Below are positions 1 to 35,300 of a stretch of 64,000 nucleotides of DNA, piece after piece; position 1 is the first letter of the stretch; every line of letters starts with the position of its first letter. The notes beneath the pieces are model-generated. The model saw nothing but the letters and a program-made list of their open reading frames with translations. It was not told the origin of the DNA and searched no databases. The translations under genes were made by a program, and so were the position numbers. The stretch comes from Bugula neritina (taxonomy: Eukaryota; Animalia; Bryozoa). The stretch spans positions 16,554,995 to 16,618,994 of the forward strand of contig OZ037765.1 of the NCBI GenBank assembly GCA_964035545.1. The letters run 5' to 3'.

Positions 1-24
1 ACATTATTGCATTCAGCCTTAGAA

Positions 25-2260
25 AGTAGGAATAAATTATACATATCTCATAATATGTGGCTAATAATGTTTTTATTTTATAATAATGTCTTATACAAAA
101 TATTATTTTTTATAATTAACCTTGAACATCTTTAGATATTTTTGCATACTTGTGTACACACACACACGCACATACACACATGAAATTATTGAAATACATA
201 TTCTAACTGACTTGGGTGAATACAATACAATAACCTAACGTGAACTTTCAGGCACCAGTAAGTCAAAATCATCTAACACTTTTTTCGTTATTTGATTTTT
301 AAGGAAACTGTTGCAGCATGTTTAAAGCGAAGAAGCGAATTTACAGCGACATTTACCTGGAATATGGTTTCTCATACATAACAAAGGATAACCTGCAGTT
401 ACTGCTATGTGTGATATGTTTGAAGACCCTGTATAATGACTCTATGAAGCCATTTCAGTTAAAGGTCGAGAGTTTTTTGAGTCTAAAGAACGCCAAGCAA
501 AATGTTGTAGATTATATGCTAGTGGCCATATGCATGCTCAAAACCATGCCATTGTTGAAGCACCATATGTTGCTTCATTTCTCATAGCACAAAGTAAACA
601 ACCGCACACAATCGGGGAGACTTTGATAAAACCCTGCATGCTTGATTGTGCATCAATAGTACTTGGTAAACCAGCTGAGCGGAAACTTCGAGACATTTCA
701 CTTTCCAGCAACACTGTGAAGAGACGTATTGATGACATTGCCACTGATATTGAAGAGAAAGTAATTGCTAAAATCAAACAGTCGCCATTCTTCTCCGTAC
801 AACTTGATGAGTCCACTGATGTAGCTAATATTTCTCAATTATTAGTGTACAGTAAGTACGTGCACGGCAAATCTATAGAAGAAGAGTTTATGTTTTGTCA
901 GCCCTTACTTACGACAACATCAGCTGCAGATGTGATGCAGCTTGTTGACCAATACTTTGAGAGAACTGGGCTTATGTGGAAAAATGTAATTAGTGTATGT
1001 ACAGATGAAGCTCCAGCCATGCTGCGATCAAGATCAGGATTTGTACAGCTGGCAAGGAAGGAAAATCCTGACATAGAAGGTGCGCATAGCTTTATTCATC
1101 GTGAGGCACTCGCTTCAAGAACACTACCACAGGCAATGAAATCTAACTTAGCAACAAACATCAAAATTGTGAATTACATCAAGGCTTCAGCACTAAACAC
1201 TCGACTGTTTTCAGCACTTTGTCATGAGAGTGACGCTGCATTCACCACTTTGCTTTTTCACACTGAAGTAAGATGGTTATCCAAAGGAAACATGCTAGCT
1301 CGGCTCTTTGAGCTGCGAATGGAAGTCAAAAAATTTCTTGAAAGTAAAAACCAACAGGAACTTTTAGCAGCTATGCAAGCTAATTTATTTGAACTATGTA
1401 CTGCTTACTTAGTAGATATATTTGCTGCACTAAACAACCTGAATTTACGAATGCAAGGATGCAATCATTATGTCATTGCTTTTCATAGCAGCATCAATGC
1501 TTTCAAGGCGAAACTAAAGTTGTGGCAGACTCGCGCTCTTGTGAAAAATATGGTGTCCCCCCATACTCAATGAACAAATGAACCTGTTCCAAAGCCTTTT
1601 GCAAAAAACATCTCTGAGCATCTCAGTGAACTATTAGCAGTTTGAACGATATTTTCCAGAGCTACCCCCAGAAAAGGAGAAGATTATTGACTTAGCACGC
1701 AATCCATCTCAGCGCTCTGTTGAAGAAATTCCAGAAGAGTTGCAGGAGGACTTCATTGAGCTGATTAACAATCCTGCATTGAAAGATGAGTTTAAATCTT
1801 TGCCAATTGAGGAATTTTGGGTGTCTGCAAGTAAAATCCATCCACAAATAGCTGAAAAAGCACTAAAAGTTTTGGTGCCATTCAGCACCACTTATTTATG
1901 TGAAGTGGGATTTTCATCCATGTTGACTATCAAAAATGAAAAAAGAAACTGCCTTGATCTGCAGAGTGACCTGAGATGTGCCCTGTCTAAAACCGAGCCA
2001 GACATAAGCAAGCTGGCACAAAAACATCAGCTGCAGCCATCACACTGACAATTGGAATGCTCTTGTGTTTAATATATGTATATACTATTATTACAATCAT
2101 TATATATTATAATCAAATATAATAGAACAACTATAGACTTGTATCATACGTTATTTCAGTCTTTTAATGTACATATAAATTGCCTTTTCAAAAGGGGGGG
2201 GAATTATTAGTAAAAGTTCAATAAAGGGGGGAATGGCATGAAAAAGGTTGGGAGCCACTG
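25..2260 (+). mobile_element. hAT/Buster DNA transposon, presumably in a PHF12 intron; right end defined, left end uncertain
   Basis: The right TIR AAAAAGGTTGGGAGCCACTG (2241-2260; reverse complement CAGTGGCTCCCAACCTTTTT) is followed by CCTTAGAA, a Buster-type NNNTANNN target site. No matching left TIR is visible. The same 8-mer occurs at 17-24, so the start coordinate is tentative. Confidence 0.75.
318..2048 (+). pseudogene. Decayed hAT (Buster/ZBED8/SCAND3-like) transposase in three frameshifted or stop-interrupted pieces (318-587, 530-1573, ~1580-2048)
   Basis: Buster-type motifs: KKRIYSDIYLEYGF...CVIC...NDSMKP (BED start), FSVQLDESTD (catalytic D), VCTDEAPAM (TDGA mutated), HSFIHREALA (CxxH mutated), HTEVRWLSKG, PFSTTYLCEVGFS (catalytic E) and the C-terminal QPSH. 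Frameshifts and stops separate the pieces. Confidence 0.93.
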
Positions 2261-2439
2261 CCTTAGAATATTTTAAACTGAATATTTTCACTAATATTTC
2301 AACAATATATACAATAATCCCAGAGTAAACCGGAAGTGCTAGAAGTTTAGCATACTTCAGGTGTTTTAACATAAAATTTTCTAAACAAACATAGAATATT
2401 TCATTTTGACTATCATGTAGCGAGTAACTTGTCTTGCAG

Positions 2440-3966
2440 GTAACAAAGTTAGAGCAAGAGCCATGATGTGTCCTGTAAATGGCATGAGCAAGGGTCAACC
2501 AGTACCCATGTGTTACCGTAGTCTGTCTATTGGAACAGGGACTGAAGTTGATCTCTGTCTCACAGACTATGGGCACTGCAATCATGTCAGCTCCAAGCAT
2601 GCGCATATGTTCTATGATGAGGTTAGATTTGTTTCCCCATCTTTATGGTTATATACAGATATGCGATAGTCATGTCAAACTCTATGTCATATTCATGTAA
2701 GGTGATTTCTCTGCACAGGCGGCTTTATTTATTGTTGTGGTCAGTTAAATGAGATATGTTCAGATGCCTTTCTAGTTAAACCTGTATGTGTGGGATTTAA
2801 TTTTGTGCTAAAGGACACTCAGTGACGTGTGAGTAGCTTAGATGAAGTTGTTGTTAGCCTAAGTTCTTATCATGTGGCCGATAGTTGTAGGGCTCAGCGC
2901 TCTTCATGTATTACAAGACAGAAATGCTCCTCATTAGCATTTAGGCTAGAAATTATCCTTCATTTGAATAACTAGTGGAAGGATAGTTATTAGCTTTCTT
3001 GAATAATTTTCAATGGAATTTTATAGATTTAGGTATAAAAAACCTTCATACCCTTTTTAACATTTGTCAACATAACAAAATATTGTAGTGTACTTTAATT
3101 CTTGTTTATTATTATATAACATACAAGTAATACTGCTCGAAAATCATTTTTGAAAAACAGTTTTAACTTGAAAAAATAATAATTGTAATTGCTAATAGAC
3201 CGAATAGCCTCGCAGTCTTTTATTGGCTACAGCTATAGCCCACAGACTCCGTGTTCTAGTGCTTAACCCTAGATGTTGGTTCCATTTCATACCATCTTTC
3301 CTGTCTCTGTAGTTAAGCAAGCAGTTTGAGATACTCAACTACAGTGAGCACGGTACGGTAGTCAACAATGTGCTCTACAGCTGCGACTTCTCACCCAAGA
3401 CTTATGGTGGAGAGGATGAGGCTCCAGCTGATGTTGCTGCTATAAAAAAGATGGTGAAAGAGCGTCTACCAGACATTGATGTTATGTCTGCTAAATCAAC
3501 AAAAGTATGTTTTTTCTCAAACTTTCAATTATCTGTTGACAGGGAAAGCTGCATGTGTCATGCTGTGCAATTAGCTAAGTGCTTTTTTGTTGACGGCAAC
3601 AAATTTACTAACTCTGAGTTACAACCCGAGTATTTGTGTTAACCTTGACCTCTGTAGCCTATATACTCTTCCTCCCAGCAGCTGTTATCAACTTACCATA
3701 TCTGGTTTGTTATCCAGAATGAGAAGCTATGTAACTGTAAAGGAAGCCCTGCAGCTTTTATTGGCCCGAATGGTGCCGGGTGGGAAGGCACGGCTACTCT
3801 GCATCATGGTGCTCACATCAAGTTCGGTTGCCTACAGTTTGTGTTCAGCATAGTGGATAGCGACACTACTACAAGCATTAGACCAGATGTGAGCGTGGCC
3901 AGTCTACTGAGAGAACAATATAACACCTCACTACTTCGAGGCAACCAAACGTCTTTGGCTAGTTAG
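2440..3966 (+). CDS. PHF12: PHD finger protein 12, last three coding exons (C-terminal FHA domain); 5' part lies outside the window
   Basis: Exons 2440-2621, 3313-3504 and 3718-3966 (GT-AG, phases consistent) encode VRARAMMCP...[38 protein letters not shown]|[27 protein letters not shown]...CNCK...[27 protein letters not shown], which matches the PHF12 FHA region. AATAAA at 4144-4149. Confidence 0.95.
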
Positions 3967-5190
3967 TGAATTTAGTTCATATACATATTCTAAGTATAGG
4001 CTGAGTTTTTTTTATGTTTTCATTGGTTTTTAACCTGCAATTGCTATGAATAGTCAACTGTAAATATATATTATGTTGTTATACATTATTATATTAATTT
4101 TTCACAATTCAGTGTAATTAATACTGTAATGCAAGTGAATGTTAATAAATCTTTGTTTAAAAATTTAACATATAAATAACTGTTGCTCTCTTACTATTAG
4201 ATAGCACAATGTTTTGCAATGTTCAAATTTTATAACGTAGTTTTTTCTGATGGTTGTAATATTGGTTCCTAAAATATCTGCTGCGTGTCTTATTGGCTAA
4301 AGTATATTTTAGTTTCATCCCCTCTATTTTATTACCTGCATTTGAGAAGTTGTTTGTTTCCACTTTTTAAACTCCATTCACTATAAGTACTACATAACAG
4401 TTACGCTTTTTTATCAAGAGCTCCTACAACAGCTCCATTTGCTTCTAATGAGTAAAAAGCTAGTCATGTAATCTTTATTATACTTGAGGGAGCACTGCTA
4501 TATGGTCTTTTCTCCCAGTCTATTAGAAAAGTCGATTAAATTTAAAAAGAGAAGCGTTGAGATGCTATGCTTTGTTTTTGTTATTGCTTACTATGGACTT
4601 AACAGTGGATGTTTTGTTGGGTGTAGGATTGCGTGACTGTAAATACAATAGGGTATATTGAATAGACTGGCTTCTTCAGTATCTGCCAACATCAATAAAC
4701 CTGTGTCTTGTAGTACAAGCACTTGAGTGGTTGTAGAAGTCTGCCTATATACAGCTACAGTACTCATCTCTAGCTAATATTCATAAAACACTTTCTAAAC
4801 CTTGTCCTTGTGCAGAATGTTTCAAGTGAACATAACGTAAAATTTCTACTATATTAGTTAGTGGGCTGATTGGAAAAACTATTGATTCTAAACTCACTAA
4901 TAGGAGTTGGATTTATTAGCTAAAGGTCTATTATACCTGACAAGTTGCATGTAAGTGAACACTTTAATTTATTTACTTTTCCTTTTAATTTTAATTGAGC
5001 CAAATTAATTCTTTGAAAGTGTATTATGGCTGTGGTGAATGGCAATATTTTTGTTTTGCCTATAATTTTAAAGTAACATTTATGGGCGAAACCATGAGGT
5101 TAGCCAATAAGCACTTCATTGCTCTTTCTTGCCAAGATCTAGCATGACTTTCAATAATGTCAAATCTTGCAGTTTGGGGACACATTTTAT

Positions 5191-5383
5191 GGAGCAGCCG
5201 CTGTTTAGTGGTTACAGCGCTGACCTAGTAAGAGCTAGGTCATGGGTTCAAATCCCAGTAAAGGCCATTGGTTATGCCAAGAAAAATATTGGGCCACAAC
5301 TGTTCCTGTGCTCCAAATGAACAGTTTTTAGCCCCCTTGATAACACTTGCCATTAGGGGTTCCCACAGGGATGGAGACATGCA
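5191..5383 (+). mobile_element. tRNA-derived SINE, copy 1
   Basis: tRNA-like head with an A box (TGTTTAGTGG) and a B box (GGTTCAAATCC). It is colinear with a reverse-strand copy at 60882-61087, sharing CCCAGTAAAGGCCATTGGT and CACAGGGAT. Confidence 0.75.
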
Positions 5384-5799
5384 TGGCAGTGGGCTAGTGG
5401 TGCATTTGTAGCTAATTGACAAAATGTTGGTAGCATAATTTTATTAGTAATGAAGTTTGATGTCATTACAGATCTGTATTGTATTACCTTGTGCAGTGTT
5501 GAATAAATGTTATGTTAGCTCATTGGACTGAGCAAACAAGTATAACTTAGTTAGCTGATCTGGGTCTTGCATATAGTGTGCAATAAGTGACATTTGGCCC
5601 TAATGCAGTTTGGCTAATGTATTGTAACAGCTAAGCAACTATGAACATTGATAAAGTTTAATTGAATAGTTAAATGTATTTATTTCTAGAGCTTAATTTG
5701 CTGATAGAAATAAATGCTGGCCTGGGCTGCTCTGTGAAGGATGAAGGTTACATTAGCTGTTTAGAGTGATTGCTGTTGCATACAGGTTTATCAAAGCGA

Positions 5800-28334
<22,535 letters not shown>

Positions 28335-29354
28335 CTCTCTTCTATTAAAGTAGTAATCGCCTTCTTTTCATATTTCGGTTGACAATCTTTTTTATATTAA
28401 TTATTAATTGTGAAAAGCTTTAATTATTAAATCAAGTTATATATCAAACTGTAAAATTGCTTAGATGTTTTTGAAAACATAATTTGGAAATATATTTAGT
28501 TGTATTTTGCATTATCAAGTCCGTCCATAGATTGATGCCATTTAGTAAGGGATATTTTTTAGTAAATGGGTGTTTTTATGCTGCTAAAACTGTTGCCTTC
28601 ATTATATTATTATTAAATAACAATCATACTTTAATTTATTATGTATGTTGATTGATGAGCTTATATTCAGCCAATTTACAAAGTGTGTTTTGAAATTACA
28701 TGTTACAATTCATTTAATCAAGCCATGTACAATATCCATTATTGTACAATGTACATGATGCAAGGTTATTTGACCTCAGTTTATGCCCTGAAATTTGCAA
28801 ATTTCAAAGTTTAGCAGACAAAATGCATATAGGAATATTTATCTTGTTGGGATTGTAGTATATTATTGAACATGTGTAGAGCCAGTCTACAGTAGATGCA
28901 GCTGGTAAGCTAAACAAACTTGAAAATAAAAACTTGGATTGAATTTATTATTAAGTTAATCTTTAAATTATTATAGAAATAAAGTCTTTTTTACACAAGT
29001 AGCAGTACTACAGTACTTGTATGTTTTAATAAATAAAAACTTGCAACAATTGATCAAGTGAACCAGTGACAACTCCAGTAAATATAATAAATGAAATATA
29101 AGTATTTGCTAAGTAGAGGTACAATATTTGGAGTAGAGTGCAGGTACAGTATTTGGAGTAGAATACAGCGCAAAAAAACGATTTAGAGTAATAATGTTAA
29201 GTCAAACAATATTAGAAAATAAAAAGAATAGATATTAGAAAATAAATCAAAATTGAGATCAATTTTGAAAATCTGCATACATGTTAATGGCAGAAGTTTA
29301 ATGTTTAACAGTTTAGCACCTAAAGCACTACTCAATAATATTGTAAGCACTGTG

Positions 29355-32300
29355 CTATAACACATCTAAAAGAGCTTTAATAGAACTGTTCACATTCACG
29401 CCATGAAATTTCCATTTCAATGCATAAAAATCTGCACATTCAATTCTTTCTTTTTGATTTTCATTGTTGTTCTGATTTCCGCGCCTACAAAATTAGAATA
29501 CAAATTGTAATTAAATACAGATACAAAAATACAAAAGTAAAACATGACCATAGCATTAGCTGAAATATTTCAACAAACTATAAATATATTTCCTATATTA
29601 GTATTAGTATGGTGATGGCTATCGTTACTTTATTAATAGCTCAAAAACTAAAATAACAATTATTTATATTTTAGGGAAACACTCATGCACCTTTCAGCCC
29701 AAATGTAGCAATAAATGCTGTCAAATGAAGGCTGCTTGACAAACCAATCAAAGAAGTTCCTTTGGTGATTTGCTAATAAATTAGGAATATCGAATTAGGA
29801 ATAATAAACTTACACAAACATAGGATAAAGTAGCCGTTCAGTGAAAGCAGAAATACCATAAAAGAGCCTTTTTTCTACTTGGATATCTTCTTCTATCTGC
29901 AGCATTTGAATAACCATTTTCATCTTCTCATCATCTATAGACTGTATGAGGACATCTGAAAGAGCTTTTTGCAGGTCCTACAACAATCATCATAATAGCC
30001 TGAAGATAGCTACATTTAGAACCATTTAAACAGTTATAGACTATTTCGACTCATTTGAAGAGATGAATCTCAGACTACTTTTAGACTGCAAGTGAAGCTA
30101 AGAAAACCCAACAACTGGCTATTGATACCAATATAAATGTAATGGCCAAATATTTGTGCCAAAAATGAATAAAAATTACACAATAGCTGTCTACAATAAA
30201 AGCATAAAGCTCAATTTAAAGCTAACTAGATGACTGATACTATGGTTATGACTTCTTTTTCTATGACTCATGGCTCATGAGTGCTTATAGTACAGTGCTT
30301 CCTCTATATCTCATGTTTCCATTTTTCACGAAATTTCATATATGTTACCGTGAGAAGGGCTTGGACCTCCATTTTTGGCTTATGTATGTGTGTATAGGGA
30401 GAAAATAGACAAATTTAACGGATACATAAGTTACGTAATTTAACGGATACGTAAGTTAAATCAGGGTTTTGGGACCCGCAGCTTAGTGAGATACGAAGTG
30501 AGCACTGTATATAAATATAACATAATATTATGATCCAATAACAAGTGATATAAACTCACCTGAAAGTCAAGTTTACCAGAGTAAATATTTTTGTGTTTGT
30601 TGAATATTTTGTCGTAAAGCATCTGCCTCCTAGAAGTGACGACGCAGTAGCGGTTTAAGTATTGTAAGGGCGTCATAGTCTCCAGTAACAACATGTCAAT
30701 AGGCAGCTCAAACCTACTAGACTTCCTGGATAACGCCAGCCTTCCATTCATCCACGCCTGCATCTTTAGAGGAGACTTGGTCTGTAAACATATGACAACA
30801 AACTCTAATCAGTTGTTACTAGGGAATGTATTAATACTAGTTGAAAAAATGATAGAGTAGACCCTAATCAGTTAAAGTCAACAGCATTATATATATCTAC
30901 TTCAGTTAGAATCATATCATGGAGAGACTACAACCAATTGTACTACACTATACACAGGTGTACTACACTACATACAGGTGTACTACACTACATACAGGTG
31001 TACTACACTACATACAGGTGTACTACACTACATACAGGTGACCTACACTACATACAGGTGTACTACACTACATACAGGTGTACTACACTACATACAAGTG
31101 TACTATACTACATACAGGTGTACTACACTACATACAGGTGTACTACACTACATACAGGTGTACTACACTACATACAGGTGTACTACACTACATACAGGTG
31201 TACTACACTACATACAGGTGTACTACACTACATACAGGTGTACTACACTACATACAGGTGTACTACACTACATACAGGTGTACTACACTACATACAGGTG
31301 ACATCAATGAGTACTAATGGTATTCACAGGTGTATAACAAGTACATCAGGTCTACAGGGAAAGGTGATTAGACATGATACACTACACAACATTTCTAAAC
31401 CAGATAACACAAAGTATCAGATGTCTATAAGCTGTTATGAAGGTTTATAAAAGATTTATTTTGGTTTAAACTCATTGCCTCTGATCAACAGACAGTTTAC
31501 ATTGTTTATGAGCCCGCAGCAGTTTGTATACATAAAAATTTATGCTTAATAAATAAGTTAATATAAAAAAATAAGTTTTTAGCATAAAAAAGGCAATAAA
31601 AATTGAGATTTCATATAATAATGAAGTTATTAACCAACTACACACAGACACACACTTATTGTCAGCTAGTAATAATACTACAAAATAATTCAGCAGTAAA
31701 TTCACTGTTAGCACTGATCTAGTCTTGCAGAGTATAAGCAGTGCAAGTAAACTACTCAGGTAAACACAGCAGTCTACTTCTGCATATCCAAGGTCTCTAC
31801 AAATATCTTTTATAACAGTTGTACATGTCTAGGAGATTTTCTTCCCACAAAGTTGATAATTATGGAACTCACAGAATATAAACCATGGGATTGAAATTTA
31901 CAAAAACATATCTGATAACTATTGGACAGCTATACATACATATTTATAACTAAAAACATGTTATCCCTACTATTACTACTATACTATAATACTTTAGATA
32001 ACATTGTACCCTATACTTAACTATAGTACCTTAATAACAGTGTGAAAGTGTACCTGGCCTGCAGCTAATTCTAGCAGCAATAAATGCAATGATGAATACA
32101 GCAGCTTCTAGCACCACAGGAGGGTGGCACAAGATCTTAATTTGAATTAATCACTAATGCACACTCTGCATGTACACAGTTACCCTAATGTCAATATTTA
32201 AATCCTAACCAGGTCAGAATGAGCATTCCTATCATAACATAGTGGCAATAGAGTTGATCATTACATTCTTATAAACTTGGAACAAGTGTATCTATGGAAG

Positions 32301-35300
32301 TATTGAAGTATAAAATACACAAGTGCAGTACGAACAAAATTCATCACGAATAAAAACATATTTGTATAATTAGTGCATAAAAAAGAACACGCGAGCAGAT
32401 AAAATGTTAATTTATGTGTAAAATTAAAAGCAGCACCTGAGAAACAAGAGTGGCAGCAGCAATATTAGCAGTGTTAGATCTTGTGTTTTTAAGAACCTTT
32501 CTCATCTTCATCATTCTTTCCCTCATCAACTGTTGCAAATGAAAGCCAAACTCACACAAACTCATATTAAACTAATAATGGCAGTGACTACAAAAAGTTG
32601 ACATATCACACGGCATGATGTAACACAAGACACACATATGCACAGATTCTTACAATGAACACCCTAAACTTTCGCTTTACATAACATACTAGACATGTCG
32701 CATTATTGGACTTGTGAGTGAAAATTGTCATCACACAATCTTTTTTAACACTGGAAATAGAAAACTTATATATTAACAACACAGAATGAAAAAAACTCAG
32801 TATGAGTGTATCTAAAATTTCCTTGTATAATAAAAACAGAACAGGTGGGTTCAACTATTGGAAAGTATGCAGACCAAATATGTTTGTATTAGTAAATAGC
32901 AAATACAAAAAAAATTTATTAGAAAATTATAGCAAGCTGCAATTCCTGTTTTAATATGTTAATTATCTAGTAATATAAAGTTGTGGTTTCTAATTTTTAT
33001 ATCACCGTGTTAGTAACCCATTAAAAAAAGATTACCATTAGCTGCAACTCATACTTTGTAGTTATTAAACACAAAGCACTGCAAACCAAAAGGTGCCATG
33101 AAGGTTTTAAGTGTGATAAAACAGCGGCCATGATCATAAAAAACTTACAGAAATATCTACTTCAAAGAAATCATCCTCATCTCCCTTTCCACTGCCAACT
33201 TTTCTCCAGTGCTTAACCTTTGCCTCGCCAAGTTTATCCCCAGTGATGGGAGCTGCAGGAACAGGAGAGCTGGTAGGCAGTGGTTCTGGTATTTCAATAA
33301 CAGAGATCTCTGGTTCTAAGGCTACCACGGGGTCTGGCATCACCTCTGTTACAGGGGTTGGAGCACTGGCAACCAGAGACTCACTGGAACTCTTAGGAAA
33401 CACCCCTTTCTTTTTCCTCAAAGATCTAGAAACCAAAACTAGTCTGATGAATGCATAGTAACACAAAATAATGTAATAAAGCATAGTAACTGTTTTGTTA
33501 ACACATGCTCTTCTACGACAAAAATGCAATACATATAAATCCAAAGATAACTGAACTACAAAGACTACAGGGAATGTTTTACTCTGAGTGACAAACCAAG
33601 CCAGCTGAGTAGAAGAGAGGTTATGCTTCTTTGAAATACAAACAGCACAGTACAACACTAATCAGCACAGCCTACAGCTGCTGCTTTGATCGATATCAAA
33701 TGTAGAAAATGCCAAAGGTAGAAGTTAACTTTTAAAATGAAAAAAATACGAACGGCTTGGACGGCTCTTTCACTTTTTCTTCTTTCCTAACTACGGCAGT
33801 CACAGGCCTCTTTCTTGAAGTACTCATTTTTCGCTTTGAACCAACAGACCCAATATTAACCTAATAATATAATAAAAAAAAGAACACAATCGACAAAACT
33901 ATGCGTACACATTTCCAAGAAGCTCACTAACAAGTAGGGACACAGGTTTAACTCACCACTGAAACGCTATCTGAATGAGTTAGATTGACCACGTCCTCTA
34001 ATCCACTATTAGATGGTGTCACAGCAACTGCTGGGGTCACCTGGTCTGTCACTAGAGGAGAATCGGCGTCAGGGCCAGAGTTATCAGTCTGAAATATTTC
34101 TCACGAATGTAATGGCTGTGGTCACCATTAAATGGCTTTCTCAAAGTATATCTTAATAATAAATTTACATTAGGCCTATTAGTACTGCTTGTAGTTACAT
34201 GAATAAAATGGACCATACTATTTGATATTTTTTGTGTCTAGCAATTGCAATATGGCAGAAAAGAATATTACGAAGGAGATAACAGAAAAGTTGAAAGTAT
34301 GACAGCAAGAAATTGTGGACTCACAGACAACTGAGAACTATTAAGTTGAGGATGGAAAAATACATAAGAAGAGGATTTCAAGGTGGATGACTTGAATGAA
34401 GGAGATGAACCTGTATCGAGGATGAATGGCTTGTATGGAGTCTGAAGTGAAGCTCCACCCTCTTCTTTCACATTCTTTGAAAGTAACATTGTTCACTTAC
34501 AGTATTAACTAAAGCTCCAAACTGTTTTAGCGAAATTATCATTGTAGAACTAATTTTCGAAATAGAGACATCAACAAAGAGTGACTGATGAATAATGAGA
34601 AATGATACACACAGTGACAACTTTTGGGAAAGCTATTTGCTCTGATGTCACTACTTTGTCATCAAGTACCATGCTGCTTCTAACTTCATTCAGAACTTGC
34701 TGGGCTCTCTGCTCAGCAGCAACTCGCTCCTCATTGCTTAGACTTGAATGTTTACTCTTAAGAAAATTAGAGACAAGAACGCAAATAAGCAATAAAACAA
34801 TTAAATAGTGAGAATGTGAAACTTCCATTATAGCAATGTGTAATGGATGACATGAAAATTGCAGTGAGGAGATAATTGCAGCAAAAGTTTTATTTACCGT
34901 AAGAAGCTGCAAGATTTAAAGTTAAAATCAGATGTTTAAATAAAGTTGGTAACACTTCAAGTCAACTAAAGTTTTTTAATACAAACACATGTCTGCAAAA
35001 CAAGAACAGTTGGGATAGAGAATTTTTACATACTTTAGCGTTTTGTAACAACTCTTGCAGGTTTCTAAAGAAAGGAAAAGAAAAATATAAAAAATTAGTT
35101 AAAAATGGTGCAAGAGGATTAGTGTCAACTGTACAATGATTAGAAAAACAAAGAATATTTCAAAAAGATAAAAAGAAACTGCTGAATGCAACATTAATTT
35201 AATTCAATATGTAGGAAATATAAGCATTTCATACTTGGAAACAACACTTTCATTAGAGGTAGACTGCACAGGTTTATCAAGGAAATCCTCAATAATTGTG

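Noticed and set aside
5191-5262. Functional tRNA gene
   Set aside because: No proper acceptor stem or terminator, and it continues into a body shared with a second dispersed copy, so it is a SINE.
30938-31450. Repetitive ORFs (YYTTYRCTTLHTGVLHYIQV) and a superficially CRISPR-like array
   Set aside because: Pure 20-bp tandem repeat with no spacers, in a eukaryotic intron; the ORFs are artefacts of a stop-free unit.
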